Numbered from the stretch's first letter, positions 1-11,283 are shown. The stretch: 61,544 nt of DNA from Pseudobdellovibrionaceae bacterium (GCA_046318875.1 JBKCTJ010000178.1:1-61544), one strand, 5' to 3'. Program-made: numbers and translations. The notes: generated from the letters alone by a model not told the origin.

Positions 1-1046
1 GCATAAGGAGCATCGTCATAACCATAGTTACGATCTTGGAAAAAAATATGCCCGCTCATTTCACCCCCAAAAGGAGCTTTTTCCACTTTCACTTTTTCTT
101 TAATTAAACTGTGTCCTGTTTTCCACATAATGGGCTCGCCACCATTTTTAGCGATGTCTGCGTACATACGATCAGAGCATTTTACATCGCCGATGATTTT
201 CTGACCTTTGTCTTTAGATAAAATATCCCGGGCATAAATCACCATAAGTTCATCGCCGTAAATCATTTTGCCTGTGTGATCAACGATACCAATTCTATCC
301 GCATCGCCATCAAAACCGATTCCGCAAACAGCGCCTTCTTTCAGAACTTGATCCCTCAAGTGCACAAGATTTTTTTCTACAGTCGGATCTGGATGGTGAT
401 TTGGAAAAGTTCCGTCTGGTTTTTCAAATAAAATAGTTGGCTGCAGCCCCACAACTTCAAAAAGTTTCCGAACAATGGCACCGGCAGCTCCATTTCCACA
501 ATCCAAAACCACTTTGACTGGAGATAATTTTCCAAATTCTTTTTCATACCGCTTTAAATAAGCCGGTTTAATATCATGGTTTTCTTCGGTGTGTTTTGTC
601 GTCGTCGAATTGAATAATTCTGCTGAAGAAATATTTTTCTGAATTAAATGTTTAAGCTTTTGAATTTCTTCCCCAAAGATTGTGTATTTTCCTGCAGAAA
701 TTTTAAAACCGTTGTAGTTAGGCGGATTATGACTTCCCGTCACCATGATTGAGCCGTTGACGCCAGGTGCTTCAAAAGTAGAAAAATAACACATTGGAGT
801 TGTGACCATTCCTAAAAGCATAACATCAGCACCCGCGGTGCGCATTCCTCGAGAAAGTTCTGCGACGAGTGTTGGTGATGAAACCCTAGCGTCATGCCCG
901 ATGGACAAAAGCAATTTTCCCTCCGGTTGGCGGGCCCTCATGTACTGAACAAAAGCGCAGCCAAGGTCGAACGCAAATTTTGCATCGAAGTCTTGATCGT
1001 AAACGCCGCGAATATCGTACTCTCGAAAAATAACATCTTGATGCAT
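1..1046 (-). CDS. phosphomannomutase/phosphoglucomutase (alpha-D-phosphohexomutase family); C-terminus cut by window edge
   Basis: Own minus-strand translation from ATG (comp. 1044-1046, GGGAGA RBS upstream) gives MHQDVIFREYDIRGVY... It has the active-site loop TGSHNPPNYNGFK and the Mg site GIGFDGDADR. The frame stays open to position 1. Confidence 0.9.
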   Translation of the reverse strand, partial: MHQDVIFREYDIRGVYDQDFDAKFAFDLGCAFVQYMRARQPEGKLLLSIGHDARVSSPTLVAELSRGMRTAGADVMLLGMVTTPMCYFSTFEAPGVNGSIMVTGSHNPPNYNGFKISAGKYTIFGEEIQKLKHLIQKNISSAELFNSTTTKHTEENHDIKPAYLKRYEKEFGKLSPVKVVLDCGNGAAGAIVRKLFEVVGLQPTILFEKPDGTFPNHHPDPTVEKNLVHLRDQVLKEGAVCGIGFDGDADRIGIVDHTGKMIYGDELMVIYARDILSKDKGQKIIGDVKCSDRMYADIAKNGGEPIMWKTGHSLIKEKVKVEKAPFGGEMSGHIFFQDRNYGYDDAPY

Positions 1047-1056
1047 AGGATCTCCC

Positions 1057-2133
1057 TCAAACCATAGTTATAGCAGATTTTATTGCAAGCACCATGGACG
1101 ATGAGTCAGCGGAATCTTTTCCAAACAGATCAAAGGCAGTGCCGTGGTCCACGCTTGTGCGGTTAATTGGTAATCCCAAAGTGAAGTGGGCACCATGGGT
1201 TCCATGAATTGCTTTAAATGGAATTAATCCTTGGTCATGATACAGACAGATCAAAAATGAAAAACGATTTCGCTGGTGGGGTAAAAACGCCGCATCAGGC
1301 ACGAGGGGAAGAGATCTGTTTTTCATTCTGCAGAAATCATTCAACCACCGGACCTCTTCATCGCCAATTATTCCACCATCGCCAGCGTGAGGATTGAGCC
1401 CCAAAATTCCGATAGGACGGCTGTCTTTGCATTTTTTATTTAGCTTTTTGATTTCCCGGTACAACAGATCCAATTTTTCAGGAGTCAAAGATTTAGCTAC
1501 GCCAGAAATGGGAATGTGGCCAGTAGCAATGGCCACGTTAAAATATGCTCCAGAAAACGCCATAAAGGGCGAATATTTATTTTGTGTTTTGCGTTCGCAG
1601 ACAGTTTTTAAAATTTCGGTATGCCCTACTTCACCAAAGCCTGACTCTTTGATTAAGGGCTTGGAAAGTGGCGCTGTGATCATTCCGTCAAAAAAATGCT
1701 GAAGACAGCCTTCACAAGCATCCACAACCCATTGAGGGGGTGATGATGAGTTTTTTACGATAATGACCAGCGGCTTTCGTGACGGAGTATTTTTCAAGTT
1801 CTTCAACAAGTTTTCTATTGCTGTCAATTTTCGAGCGTGGGATGCATTCGACACCAATGCGATCTGTTTAAAATCACAAGAAGAGATTTCAATGAGGGAA
1901 AATTTCTTGTTCATTAAACCAAAATAGAACTTAGCAGAACTTAAACATCTTTTATTTAAATTTGAAAACTTAGAACAAAAAACAAAAAATAAATTTTGCT
2001 TAAGAACAGCTGAGTTCTGGTTTTGAAGATCTAAAAGAGCCTTTGCTGTCACTTCTAAGCCGATGCCGTTGGCATCACCCGTTGTGATAGCAAAGAAATT
2101 ATTTTGAGTTAATTTTGATATAGGCTTCATCAC
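1057..2133 (-). CDS. pdxA: 4-hydroxythreonine-4-phosphate dehydrogenase
   Basis: Motifs GHTEIL, LNPHAGDGG and VDHGTAFD. It lies directly downstream of a SurA-like gene, matching the classical surA-pdxA linkage. Confidence 0.9.
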   Translation of the reverse strand: MMKPISKLTQNNFFAITTGDANGIGLEVTAKALLDLQNQNSAVLKQNLFFVFCSKFSNLNKRCLSSAKFYFGLMNKKFSLIEISSCDFKQIALVSNASHARKLTAIENLLKNLKNTPSRKPLVIIVKNSSSPPQWVVDACEGCLQHFFDGMITAPLSKPLIKESGFGEVGHTEILKTVCERKTQNKYSPFMAFSGAYFNVAIATGHIPISGVAKSLTPEKLDLLYREIKKLNKKCKDSRPIGILGLNPHAGDGGIIGDEEVRWLNDFCRMKNRSLPLVPDAAFLPHQRNRFSFLICLYHDQGLIPFKAIHGTHGAHFTLGLPINRTSVDHGTAFDLFGKDSADSSSMVLAIKSAITMV

Positions 2134-3178
2134 GTTTATTCTGAAACCAAATAATGACTTGTCGGCGGAAGGCCGCAGACATCAATCGACTTTTGATGCG
2201 ATCTTTTTCACGTAAGAATCGCGGATCATCAGTTTCTTTTTTGCTGAGCAACTTCACGATGTGATAACCCATACGAGACTTCACTATCTGGGTTGAATCC
2301 CCGATGTTTAAAGGAAGAATGGCTTCTTCGATTTCTTTTAAAAACTCCCCAGATTTGAAACTTCCCAAATAACCACCTGAAGAAAAATTTGGGTCTTCGC
2401 TGGCTTGCTCTGCCAAGGTTTCAAACTTTTCACCTTGTCTTAAGCGAACTAAAGCACCTCGCGCGCGGTCCAGAGCTGCTTGCGGACTGCCCTTTTTTGG
2501 ATTGAAAAAAATGTGAGCCAAGCTGAATTCATCAATCGATGTTTTGGCACGGGGGTTTGTTTTTAAATATTCAGAAAAAGCATCATCATCGCTTATGCGA
2601 AGACGAGAAATAATTTCCGCTTCAATTAAGTTTTGTTTTTCAATTTTTGATTTTAAAAAAGATCTGTATTCAGCTTTAGAAAAGCCCTGAGAACCCACGG
2701 CTTCGTAGACTTCTTTTGGCCCGATTCCAGCTCGTTTCGACATGTCTTCGATTTCACGGTCGACCCGCTCTTCGGTGACTTCTAAATTCAACTTTTTGGC
2801 TTCTGACAGCATGAGTTTATCACGGATCAAATATTCGAGCTGAACGCTACGATCTGTTTTAAGTAAAACTGTGTCTAAGCCTGCCGCAAGAGCTTCATCA
2901 ATAAAGTCTTCATTTTTTAAAAACTTTGAAAGTTCTTTGAAGTCTGACTCCAATAAAATTTCAGAATTCACAATGGCTACGATACGATCGACAAGAGTAA
3001 ATCCAGACAGATTGCCTTGGATTTTTTGTTCCGGGGTTTCGACTTTGATTTTACCCTCCGCCTTATTCAGAGCTCGATGGAGAAGGCTGTCTTGGATGGC
3101 TTCCTGACCCAGGACGGGAGTGTAATTTGAAAAAATTAAAATAGAAAAAATAACTTTAAAAAAAGAGACTTGCTTCAT
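2099..3178 (-). CDS. surA: SurA-like periplasmic chaperone / PpiC-type peptidyl-prolyl isomerase
   Basis: Signal peptide MKQVSFFKVIFSILIFS. Parvulin core SGGYLGSF...SRMGYHIVKL. Positioned upstream of pdxA. Confidence 0.75.
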   Translation of the reverse strand: MKQVSFFKVIFSILIFSNYTPVLGQEAIQDSLLHRALNKAEGKIKVETPEQKIQGNLSGFTLVDRIVAIVNSEILLESDFKELSKFLKNEDFIDEALAAGLDTVLLKTDRSVQLEYLIRDKLMLSEAKKLNLEVTEERVDREIEDMSKRAGIGPKEVYEAVGSQGFSKAEYRSFLKSKIEKQNLIEAEIISRLRISDDDAFSEYLKTNPRAKTSIDEFSLAHIFFNPKKGSPQAALDRARGALVRLRQGEKFETLAEQASEDPNFSSGGYLGSFKSGEFLKEIEEAILPLNIGDSTQIVKSRMGYHIVKLLSKKETDDPRFLREKDRIKSRLMSAAFRRQVIIWFQNKRDEAYIKINSK

Positions 3179-3186
3179 TCAGCACC

Positions 3187-4140
3187 CTACTCTTTTGTAT
3201 CGATGTTGATGGCCTGAATCAACTCATTGTTGCGCATGACTTTGCTTTGGTGGATTTGTTTATCAAGCCAGTCTTTATAAAGAGCTTGTTCTTTGTCCGC
3301 GCGCAGTGCAGCGATGATTCGCTGTCGCACTTTCGACAATGGAACCATTTCAGGGCGCGCTTTTTTCTCTATTTTTGCAATATGGAATCCAAATGGGCTT
3401 TTAAAAACTTCGGATATTTGACCTTCTCGCAGTTTAAATAAGGGATCAAAGTAATCCACCGAACCCTTTTCAATCCAGTCCACCAGGCCCCCGTTTTTTT
3501 CCTCGGGAGTTACAGAATACTTTCGTGCTAGAGAGGAAAATTCTTTTGCCTTAATTTGTGATAGGACAGCATCCATGACCGCTTCATCGGTGACAACGAT
3601 TTGTCGAAATTGAATGCGTTCTTTATATTGGAACTTTTCTTTGTTTTCACTGTAATAGCTTTGAATTTCAGTTTCCGAAGGATCCATATTTTTTTCATTA
3701 ATTTTCACAAAAACTTGACGCTCAAGAAGTCGATATCTCAGCCGCTCTCTCCACTCAGAAAACGACAGCCCTTCTTCAGCCAATATTCTGCGAAAGCTTA
3801 AATCGTCGGGATATAATGATCGATAGTTGTTCACGCTTTCTAAAACACTTTTTTCATCGACAAAAATACCACTAGCCGCAGCAAAATCAGCAGTCAGACT
3901 TTCGACGACAAATTGGCTTAAAATATTTTCTTTGGATCGAACAACATGATTTGGATCTTTGGCAGCGAGGGCGTCTAGCAGCTTTAGCTGCTGAGACAGC
4001 GCTTTGGAAAAGTCCTTTACTGTCAATTTGTGTTCGTTGACGACCATAACAGGTGATCCCGAAACTTGAGAATTTTCCCAGAAGCAAGAACTTAAAGAAA
4101 CAGAAAGTAAACTGAAAAGAAACCCCTGTTTCCAATTCAT
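3187..4140 (-). CDS. PpiC-type peptidyl-prolyl isomerase, probable lipoprotein
   Basis: Parvulin core GGLVDWIEKG...SPFGFHIAKIEKK. I moved the start to the internal ATG (comp. 4138-4140). That gives MNWKQGFLFSLLSVSLSSC (lipobox LSSC) and removes a 65-nt overlap with the upstream gene. Confidence 0.8.
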   Translation of the reverse strand: MNWKQGFLFSLLSVSLSSCFWENSQVSGSPVMVVNEHKLTVKDFSKALSQQLKLLDALAAKDPNHVVRSKENILSQFVVESLTADFAAASGIFVDEKSVLESVNNYRSLYPDDLSFRRILAEEGLSFSEWRERLRYRLLERQVFVKINEKNMDPSETEIQSYYSENKEKFQYKERIQFRQIVVTDEAVMDAVLSQIKAKEFSSLARKYSVTPEEKNGGLVDWIEKGSVDYFDPLFKLREGQISEVFKSPFGFHIAKIEKKARPEMVPLSKVRQRIIAALRADKEQALYKDWLDKQIHQSKVMRNNELIQAINIDTKE

Positions 4141-4144
4141 TTCT

Positions 4145-4966
4145 TTATTGAACAGCGCTTGGATTAAACTTGATGGTATAAGCTTTTTTGAGCTTATCAA
4201 AGTATTCATTATACTGTTTTACCTTTTTCTCTTCGAAGACGGCCAAGCGGATTTGGCGCTTATCAGCATTTTCAAAAGTGCGTCGCCCAGTCAGCTTAAT
4301 CACGTGAAGTCCAAAAGGAGTTTCAATGAGTCCTCGAATTTCGCCATCTCGCATTTTTTGAGCTTCAGAATAAACAGTGGGAACCACATTCACCTTAGTA
4401 ATCCAACCCATGTCGCCACCTAAAGCTTTTGTGATCGGATCATCAGAATAAATTCGAACAAGCTCTTCAAAGGGCCGCTTTGAGCTCTTTACTTCTTGAA
4501 GAATCTCGTTGGCCCTTTTTCGTGCTTCATTCTTTTGTTCTGTAGAGGCTCCAAAGCGAAGTTCAATCAAGATATGGCTCAATCGCAGCTCTGGATTTTT
4601 TTTATACCACTCTTTCATCTCTGGATCTGTGACTTGAATGCTTTGAACTTTTTGCCCCAAATCCTTTTCTAACAGTGCCTTATAAAGCTCTTGTTTGAAA
4701 CGGTCTTGAACAATGGGATCTTTTTGAAGCTGTCTTTTTTCAGCTTCCAAAACACCAACCTCGTAACGAATCAAGTCTTCCAAAAATTGTTCTTTCGTCG
4801 GTGGATTAATCGCACTTCTTTTGACTTCATTCAACTTGTCGTTAAATTCTTTTAATGTGATTTTTCGATCCCCGACTTGAGCAACGACGGTGTCTTGTTT
4901 TTGCGCAAATGAAAAAACACAGAAAAATAAGCCGAAACAAAAAGAACATACGGATTTTGATAACAT
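4145..4966 (-). CDS. PpiC-type peptidyl-prolyl isomerase, secreted
   Basis: Signal peptide MLSKSVCSFCFGLFFCVFSFA. Parvulin core GGDMGWITK...TPFGLHVIKL. Confidence 0.85.
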   Translation of the reverse strand: MLSKSVCSFCFGLFFCVFSFAQKQDTVVAQVGDRKITLKEFNDKLNEVKRSAINPPTKEQFLEDLIRYEVGVLEAEKRQLQKDPIVQDRFKQELYKALLEKDLGQKVQSIQVTDPEMKEWYKKNPELRLSHILIELRFGASTEQKNEARKRANEILQEVKSSKRPFEELVRIYSDDPITKALGGDMGWITKVNVVPTVYSEAQKMRDGEIRGLIETPFGLHVIKLTGRRTFENADKRQIRLAVFEEKKVKQYNEYFDKLKKAYTIKFNPSAVQ

Positions 4967-5021
4967 GCAGACTCCATCCTTAGGTTTGCTTCGGATAGAT
5001 TACACAGGATCAGCTAAGTCA

Positions 5022-5699
5022 TCAAGAACGTAATTGCTTCTCGGCTTGGCTACGCATTTTAAAAAGCAGTTTTTGTAAATCTAAAGCACGACCTTTGTCT
5101 CGGGGATCCTCTTCACGAGATAATGGCGGCACAGATGCACTCCAAGATATTTGAATTTTTGCAAAGGGCTTTGGAAAATAAGTTTGATTCCAAGACTTTT
5201 TAAAAACCCACTTTTGATCACAGGCAACACCTGCGCAAAAAATTGGGGCCTGCATCAGTTTTGATACTTCAAACACTCCAGGCTTTACTTCGTGCAAGGG
5301 ACCCTTTGGCCCATCAACAGCAAAGCTTGAAACCCAGCCGAGCTTCATTAATTTTAACAAACCTTTCAAGGCGGAAACACCACCTCGAGTCGAAGAACCT
5401 CGAGAAGTTCTGCCGCCCAAAAGTCGAATCAGTGTGTTCATGATTGAACCGTCTTTACTGGTTGAAACAATTGTGGCCACAGGATAGCGATGAAAGAGTT
5501 GAATCAAAACAATCTCATCTCCATGAAAGTGGGCAAAAATAAAACTTTGTTTGTTTTTCAGCCGTTCGATTAATTCAGGTGGTTCGTCGATTTCAACCCG
5601 CCAAGTAAAAAGTAGCGCTCTGTAAATTGTCCAAATTAGAAAGCCCAAACAGACCGCTCGAAAGGTTTCTAAAAAAGTTTTCAAAAGCGCCAGGAGCAA
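5022..5699 (-). CDS. DUF374-like lysophospholipid acyltransferase family protein
   Basis: N-terminal TM segment, then FAHFHGDE and a VDGPKGP-type core that I recall as typical of DUF374. Starts 4 nt after the etfA stop. Confidence 0.6.
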   Translation of the reverse strand: MLLALLKTFLETFRAVCLGFLIWTIYRALLFTWRVEIDEPPELIERLKNKQSFIFAHFHGDEIVLIQLFHRYPVATIVSTSKDGSIMNTLIRLLGGRTSRGSSTRGGVSALKGLLKLMKLGWVSSFAVDGPKGPLHEVKPGVFEVSKLMQAPIFCAGVACDQKWVFKKSWNQTYFPKPFAKIQISWSASVPPLSREEDPRDKGRALDLQKLLFKMRSQAEKQLRS

Positions 5700-5702
5700 C
5701 TC

Positions 5703-6677
5703 CTAGTTTTTCAGAGCAGACTGAAAAGCCTCTGTTAATGCCGGAACGATTTGAAATAAGTCTCCAACAAGACCATAAGTCGCTTTTTGAAAAATTGGCG
5801 CACTTGGATCATTGTTTATCGCAACGATCACTTTGCTGCCGCTCATTCCTGCTAAATGCTGAATGGCTCCAGAAATGCCCACAGCAATATAAAGCGTAGG
5901 AGCAACAGTTTTTCCTGTTTGTCCGACTTGCATCGAGTGAGAAACCCATCCCAGATCAACAACAGCTCGCGAAGCGCCGACTGTTGCACCAAGCACCAGG
6001 GCCAACTTTTCTAACATTGCAAAATTTGAAGCGTCTTTTAATCCGCGGCCGCCAGTTACAATAATATTAGCTTCAGTTAAATCGAGTTTTTGACTTGTCG
6101 CTTTGACCACTTCTTGGACTTTTGATTTTAAACTTAAAGTCCCAGCAAGATTATGAATCGTTGCAGCCGGCGCTGCATTACTTGGAGTGGGAATCACCGG
6201 AAGTTGGTTTGGTCTCATCAGCACAAATTGAATTTGATCAAAGGACAAATTGTATTCTGCAAAACATTTTCCAGCAAAAAGTGGCTTAACGACATGAGCA
6301 CCCTTTGCAGATAAATCCAAAGCTGTGCAGTCAGATGTGATTCCGCCATTTGCTACAGCAGCAAGACGAGGGAATAAATCTTTACCCAAAGCAGATGCAG
6401 ACCCTAAAACCAAAGAAGGTTTAATTTTTTCCAAAACCACAACAGCAGCAGCGACATAAGATTCCGGTAAGTAAACGAGGAAGGGTGCTTCTGAAAAACC
6501 ATGAAGGCTTGAGGCGCCAAAACTACCCGCTATAGTCAGAGCGCTGGCTGCATCAGCGCCAAAAGCCATCGCATGAAACGGCAGGCCTGAATTTTTTGCT
6601 GCAGTTAAAAGCTCCAGGGAGCTTCGTTTTAAAGAACCATTTGCTGTTTCAATTAGAACTAAAATTTGTGACATCAT
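5703..6677 (-). CDS. etfA: electron transfer flavoprotein subunit alpha
   Basis: C-terminal FAD-binding signature LYIAVGISGAIQHLAGM. Paired with etfB. Confidence 0.93.
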   Translation of the reverse strand: MMSQILVLIETANGSLKRSSLELLTAAKNSGLPFHAMAFGADAASALTIAGSFGASSLHGFSEAPFLVYLPESYVAAAVVVLEKIKPSLVLGSASALGKDLFPRLAAVANGGITSDCTALDLSAKGAHVVKPLFAGKCFAEYNLSFDQIQFVLMRPNQLPVIPTPSNAAPAATIHNLAGTLSLKSKVQEVVKATSQKLDLTEANIIVTGGRGLKDASNFAMLEKLALVLGATVGASRAVVDLGWVSHSMQVGQTGKTVAPTLYIAVGISGAIQHLAGMSGSKVIVAINNDPSAPIFQKATYGLVGDLFQIVPALTEAFQSALKN

Positions 6678-6700
6678 TGACCTCGATCAAAAAGTTATTT

Positions 6701-7477
6701 TTAAAGGGCTTTGGCTTCGTCTCGCAAAAGTTGAACGAGCTGGGTAACTTGGGCTTGAACTTCTCCGGCAATCATTTTCACTGGCGGCTTTTCCGCAGGC
6801 AAAGTGACTTTGACCATTTTTGTTTTTGAGTCGGCAGGTCCTACACTCAAAGTAGCAATGTCCACTTCTTTGATGACTTTCTTCTTGGCCTTCATGATTC
6901 CTGGCAGACTTGCGTAGCGAGGAGTGTTGAGCCCTTTGTTCGCTGCAATCAAACAAGGCGTTGGGATTTCAACGATTTCTTTTGAGCCCCCCTCGATGTC
7001 TCGCTCAGCAACAAAATTTGTAACTGATAAAGTCAATTTTGAAACCACCGTACAGTGTTGAATATTTAAAAATGAAGCTATCATTTGCGGAACGCTGGAA
7101 GCGTTGTCATCGATGGCAAGTTTTCCAGTGAGAATCAAATCCGCTCCGCCCTCTTGTTGAATCAAACCGCTCAGCGCTTTTGCGGTAGCAAATGAATCCA
7201 AAGCAAAGTCGGAGTGAATCAAAGCGGCTTCATCAATTCCCATGGCTAAAGCGGTACGAAGAGCTTCTTGGGCTCGTTGTTTTGGACCAAGAGTAACGGC
7301 TAAAGTTTGAGATCCAGGATTCGCAGCCTGAAGCTTGATCGCTTCTTCGATAGCGTATTCATCGTAGGGATTGACGACCCACTTGACTCCCGTCGTGTCG
7401 ATATTTGTATTGTCAGGTAACAATTTTATTTTTGTTTCTGTGTCAGGCACTTGTTTCAAACAGACAATAATTTTCAT
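6701..7477 (-). CDS. etfB: electron transfer flavoprotein subunit beta
   Basis: MKIIVCLKQVPDTETKIK N-terminus, typical of EtfB. Immediately upstream of etfA. Confidence 0.93.
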   Translation of the reverse strand: MKIIVCLKQVPDTETKIKLLPDNTNIDTTGVKWVVNPYDEYAIEEAIKLQAANPGSQTLAVTLGPKQRAQEALRTALAMGIDEAALIHSDFALDSFATAKALSGLIQQEGGADLILTGKLAIDDNASSVPQMIASFLNIQHCTVVSKLTLSVTNFVAERDIEGGSKEIVEIPTPCLIAANKGLNTPRYASLPGIMKAKKKVIKEVDIATLSVGPADSKTKMVKVTLPAEKPPVKMIAGEVQAQVTQLVQLLRDEAKAL

Positions 7478-7661
7478 AAGACTCCAATCCTTCGCACAAA
7501 ACTTGAGGAGATGTTAATATCAACCGATTTGCGAGAAATTCCAAAACATCTCGTTAACATAATGCAATAGTACATGGTCCATATCGAGATCAAGCGAGTG
7601 ACAACAGAAAAAGAAAATTATATTTTGAAAGCAAATTGATAAATCTTTGGGGAACGAGTTC

Positions 7662-8318
7662 ATGCTAAAATTTATTGGGTCTACAGTGGGTCGAAAATAT
7701 ATCATGGGTCTTTCGGGTCTAGTCTGGGCAGGATTTGTATTTGCTCATATGGCGGGCAATATGCTTATTTTTGTCAGTGACAATGCTTACAATACCTATG
7801 GGCACCTTCTCACGAGCGGGTACATTATTTACTTCGCTGAAGCGGCTTTGGTCCTGGCTATTTTGGCTCATGTTGTCTGTGCAGTTTCTCTGATGGTCAC
7901 GAATAAAACGGCCAGGCCTCAGCGATATGCTGTGAATCCTGAATCTCAGAAAGCCGCAAGGTTTGCTTCGACAACGATGGCTATTCAAGGATCAGTCATT
8001 TTGGCTTTTATCATTTTGCACTTAATCACTTTTAAATATGGAACAGTCTACATGACCACCGTCAACGGCCAAGAAATGCGTGATCTGGCGCGGTTGATGT
8101 ATGAAGTTTTTAATCAGCCTGCTTATGTGGTTGGATATGCAATTTGTTTGGTTTTGCTTGGATTCCATTTGCGCCACGGAGTCAGCTCAATTTTTCAATC
8201 TTTTGGACTTTTGACAGAAGCTCATGAGCCGAAAATCAGAGCTTTGGGAGCAATCTATGCAGTTGTTGTTGCCGGCGGCTTTTTGTCTCAACCCATTTAT
8301 GCTTTTTTGATCAAGTAA
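7662..8318 (+). CDS. sdhC: succinate dehydrogenase cytochrome b subunit (b558-type, multi-TM)
   Basis: Hydrophobic protein of about 218 aa with His-containing TM helices, directly upstream of sdhA/sdhB. Start set at ATG 7662, preceded by GGGGAA; the ORF-track TTG at 7647 is less likely. Confidence 0.85.
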   Translation: MLKFIGSTVGRKYIMGLSGLVWAGFVFAHMAGNMLIFVSDNAYNTYGHLLTSGYIIYFAEAALVLAILAHVVCAVSLMVTNKTARPQRYAVNPESQKAARFASTTMAIQGSVILAFIILHLITFKYGTVYMTTVNGQEMRDLARLMYEVFNQPAYVVGYAICLVLLGFHLRHGVSSIFQSFGLLTEAHEPKIRALGAIYAVVVAGGFLSQPIYAFLIK

Positions 8319-8331
8319 AAAGGAACAAATC

Positions 8332-10248
8332 ATGTCCACAAAATTAGACAGTAAAATTCCGAGCGGAAGCGTTGATACCAAATGGAAAAATCACAAATTC
8401 AACATGAAGCTAGTCAACCCTGCAAACAAGAGAAAACATTCGGTCCTTGTCATTGGGACAGGGCTTGCGGGAGCCAGCGCTGCCGCATCTCTCGGCGAAA
8501 TGGGCTATGTTGTTAAGGCTTTCTGCGTTCACGAATCACCCAGACGTGCACACTCTGTTGCGGCCCAAGGTGGAATCAACGCAGCAAAAAATTATCAAAA
8601 CGACGGCGATTCTGTCTATCGACTTTTTTATGATACAGTTAAGGGTGGCGACTTTCGAGCGCGCGAAGCGAATGTTTATCGACTAGCTGAAGTATCAACT
8701 GCGATTATAGATCAAGCGGTAGCACAAGGTGTTCCTTTGGCGCGAGAATATGGCGGAACTCTAGCAAATCGTTCCTTTGGTGGCGCTCAAGTATCGAGAA
8801 CATTCTATGCTCGGGGACAAACAGGACAACAGTTGTTGTTGGGCGCTTATTCTTCGATGATGAGACAAGTTGAGCTTGGACAAGTTCAGCTGCGTACTCG
8901 CCGAGAAATGTTAGATTTAGTCATTGTGAATGGCCAGGCCCGCGGAGCAATTTTCAGAAACTTGCTCACGGGAGAAATTGAATCCCATGAAGCAGACGCT
9001 GTGGTTATGGCCACGGGTGGATATTCAAACGTATTTTATTTATCGACTAATGCCATGGCTTGCGCCGTAACAGCAGCATGGCGTGCGCACAAGCAGGGTG
9101 CTTACTTTGCGAATCCTTGTTACACTCAGATCCATCCCACTTGCATTCCCGTCCACGGCGAAAACCAATCCAAATTGACCCTAATGTCTGAATCCCTCCG
9201 AAATGATGGGCGAGTTTGGGTATCTAAAATTTCTGGAGATAAGCGTAAGCCGAATGAAATTCCAGAAGCCGATCGAGATTATTTCTTAGAGCGCGTTTAT
9301 CCAAGCTTTGGAAACTTAGCTCCTCGAGACATTGCATCCAGGCAAGCAAAATTTCGAGTGGATGAAGGTCATGGAGTTGGGGGCGTAGAAGCTGTTTGCT
9401 TAGATTTTAAAGATGCGATTCAGCGCCTGGGAGAAGATAAAATTTCCGAAAAATACGGAAACCTGTTTGAAATGTATGAAAAAATCACAGGTGAAAATCC
9501 ATACAAATCACCAATGAAAATTTATCCAGCACCTCACTATACAATGGGGGGTTTATGGGTGGATTATAATTTGGAAAGCACGATTCCTGGACTTTTTGTA
9601 GCCGGGGAAGCTAATTTTTCTGATCACGGAGCAAATAGGCTGGGCGCATCTGCATTGATGCAGGGATTGGCAGATGGATATTTTGTTTTGCCTTATACAA
9701 TCGGAAATTACATTGCCAATAATAAGCTTTCAGCAGTGCAAACAACACACGATGCTTTCAAATCTGCAGTGAATGCGACACAAGCCCAACTACAAAAACT
9801 GATGACGATCAAAGGTGAAAGAACAGTAGAAAGTTTCCATAAACAGCTCGGTCGAATTATGTGGGATAAGTGCGGAATGTCGCGCAATGCAGCTGGCTTA
9901 CAAGAAGCTATTCGGACAATAGGAAAACTCAAACAAGAATTTTGGAGCAATGTTCGAATTCCAGGACAAGCAAACGAAATTAATGGTGAGCTCGAAAAAG
10001 CAGGACGCGTGGCAGACTTTATCGAACTAGGTGAGTTGATGTGCCGAGATGCGCTTGAACGAGAAGAGTCCTGTGGCGGACATTTCCGCGAAGAATTTCA
10101 GACCGCAGAAAACGAAGCGCAAAGAAATGATGATAAGTTTTGTCATGTTGCTGCTTGGGAATGGAATAGCGACAGCAAACCACAAACCAGACATAAAGAA
10201 GAGTTGTCATTTGAAAACGTCCACTTATCGAGCCGATCGTACAAATAA
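8332..10248 (+). CDS. sdhA: succinate dehydrogenase/fumarate reductase flavoprotein subunit
   Basis: FAD fold [12 protein letters not shown]. Also [18 protein letters not shown] and NRLGASALM. Confidence 0.95.
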   Translation: MSTKLDSKIPSGSVDTKWKNHKFNMKLVNPANKRKHSVLVIGTGLAGASAAASLGEMGYVVKAFCVHESPRRAHSVAAQGGINAAKNYQNDGDSVYRLFYDTVKGGDFRAREANVYRLAEVSTAIIDQAVAQGVPLAREYGGTLANRSFGGAQVSRTFYARGQTGQQLLLGAYSSMMRQVELGQVQLRTRREMLDLVIVNGQARGAIFRNLLTGEIESHEADAVVMATGGYSNVFYLSTNAMACAVTAAWRAHKQGAYFANPCYTQIHPTCIPVHGENQSKLTLMSESLRNDGRVWVSKISGDKRKPNEIPEADRDYFLERVYPSFGNLAPRDIASRQAKFRVDEGHGVGGVEAVCLDFKDAIQRLGEDKISEKYGNLFEMYEKITGENPYKSPMKIYPAPHYTMGGLWVDYNLESTIPGLFVAGEANFSDHGANRLGASALMQGLADGYFVLPYTIGNYIANNKLSAVQTTHDAFKSAVNATQAQLQKLMTIKGERTVESFHKQLGRIMWDKCGMSRNAAGLQEAIRTIGKLKQEFWSNVRIPGQANEINGELEKAGRVADFIELGELMCRDALEREESCGGHFREEFQTAENEAQRNDDKFCHVAAWEWNSDSKPQTRHKEELSFENVHLSSRSYK

Positions 10249-10293
10249 ACGATTAAACAAACTGTCTTAAGGGTAATTAAATTAGAGGAATTT

Positions 10294-11085
10294 ATGAGCG
10301 AAAAAAACACAATGAATTTGAAACTCAAAGTATGGCGCCAAAAAGGACAAAAAGATGTTGGCAGTTTCAAAGAATACGATGCAAAAAATGTTTCCCCTGA
10401 TTCGTCCTTTTTAGAAATGCTTGATAGCGTGAATGAAGATTTGATCAAATCTGGTGGCGAACCAATTACTTTTGACCACGATTGCCGCGAAGGCATTTGT
10501 GGAAGTTGTGGTTTTGTCATCAACGGCATGGCCCATGGTCCAATGAAGGGCACAACTGTATGCCAACTTCACATGAGAAACTTTAAAGATGGAGATGAGC
10601 TAGTCATTGAACCTTGGAGAGCAACAGCATTTCCGATCATCAAAGATTTAATGGTGAACCGCACTGCCTTAGACCGCATTATCAACGCTGGTGGATTTAT
10701 TTCTGTCAACACGGGCAATGCTCCTGAAGCAAATGCTATTCCTGTTCCAAAACCAAATGCAGACGAAGCTTTTGCGGCAGCGACATGTATCGGTTGTGGC
10801 GCTTGCGTTGCTTCATGTAAAAACGCTTCAGCGATGTTATTTACCTCGGCTAAGGTGTCCCATTTGGCGCTGCTTCCACAGGGTCAAGTCGAGCGAGATC
10901 AGCGTGTTTTAAACATGGTTGATCGAATGGATATCGAAGGTTTTGGTGCTTGCACATCCACGGGTTCGTGTTCAGCGGCTTGTCCTAAGGAAATTAGCCT
11001 GATTAATATCGCACGCATGAACCGTGAATATTTACGAGCGTCTTTGAACCAACAGCCGGAAAAACATCATTCAGAAGGTGTTTAG
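10294..11085 (+). CDS. sdhB: succinate dehydrogenase/fumarate reductase iron-sulfur subunit
   Basis: Cys clusters [21 protein letters not shown] and [12 protein letters not shown]. Confidence 0.95.
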   Translation: MSEKNTMNLKLKVWRQKGQKDVGSFKEYDAKNVSPDSSFLEMLDSVNEDLIKSGGEPITFDHDCREGICGSCGFVINGMAHGPMKGTTVCQLHMRNFKDGDELVIEPWRATAFPIIKDLMVNRTALDRIINAGGFISVNTGNAPEANAIPVPKPNADEAFAAATCIGCGACVASCKNASAMLFTSAKVSHLALLPQGQVERDQRVLNMVDRMDIEGFGACTSTGSCSAACPKEISLINIARMNREYLRASLNQQPEKHHSEGV

Positions 11086-11283
11086 CTAGCCCGCCCAAGG
11101 CCCCGTATAAACAAAATCTATTCAATTTGAAATAGAATCTTTGATCTAGTTTTGGTCAGGGATCTTTCATTTCCATGCTTCATCGATTTAAAAATGAGTA
11201 CCATAATGGAACCATCACATGACGTGATGATATTGGGGAACCAGACCAAAGTTTGTTTGCGAAGCACCAGCCAAGGAGGGCCA

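Noticed and set aside
7520-7705. A 61-aa minus-strand ORF in the etfB-sdhC divergent spacer.
   Set aside because: It overlaps the sdhC start and promoter region, and it has no RBS.
10143-10553. A 136-aa minus-strand ORF spanning the sdhA/sdhB junction.
   Set aside because: It is antisense to two strongly supported genes, with no independent signals.
11152-11283. A 44-codon N-terminal extension of the S8 protease ORF.
   Set aside because: The in-frame GTG at 11284 follows AAGGAGG and yields a canonical signal peptide.
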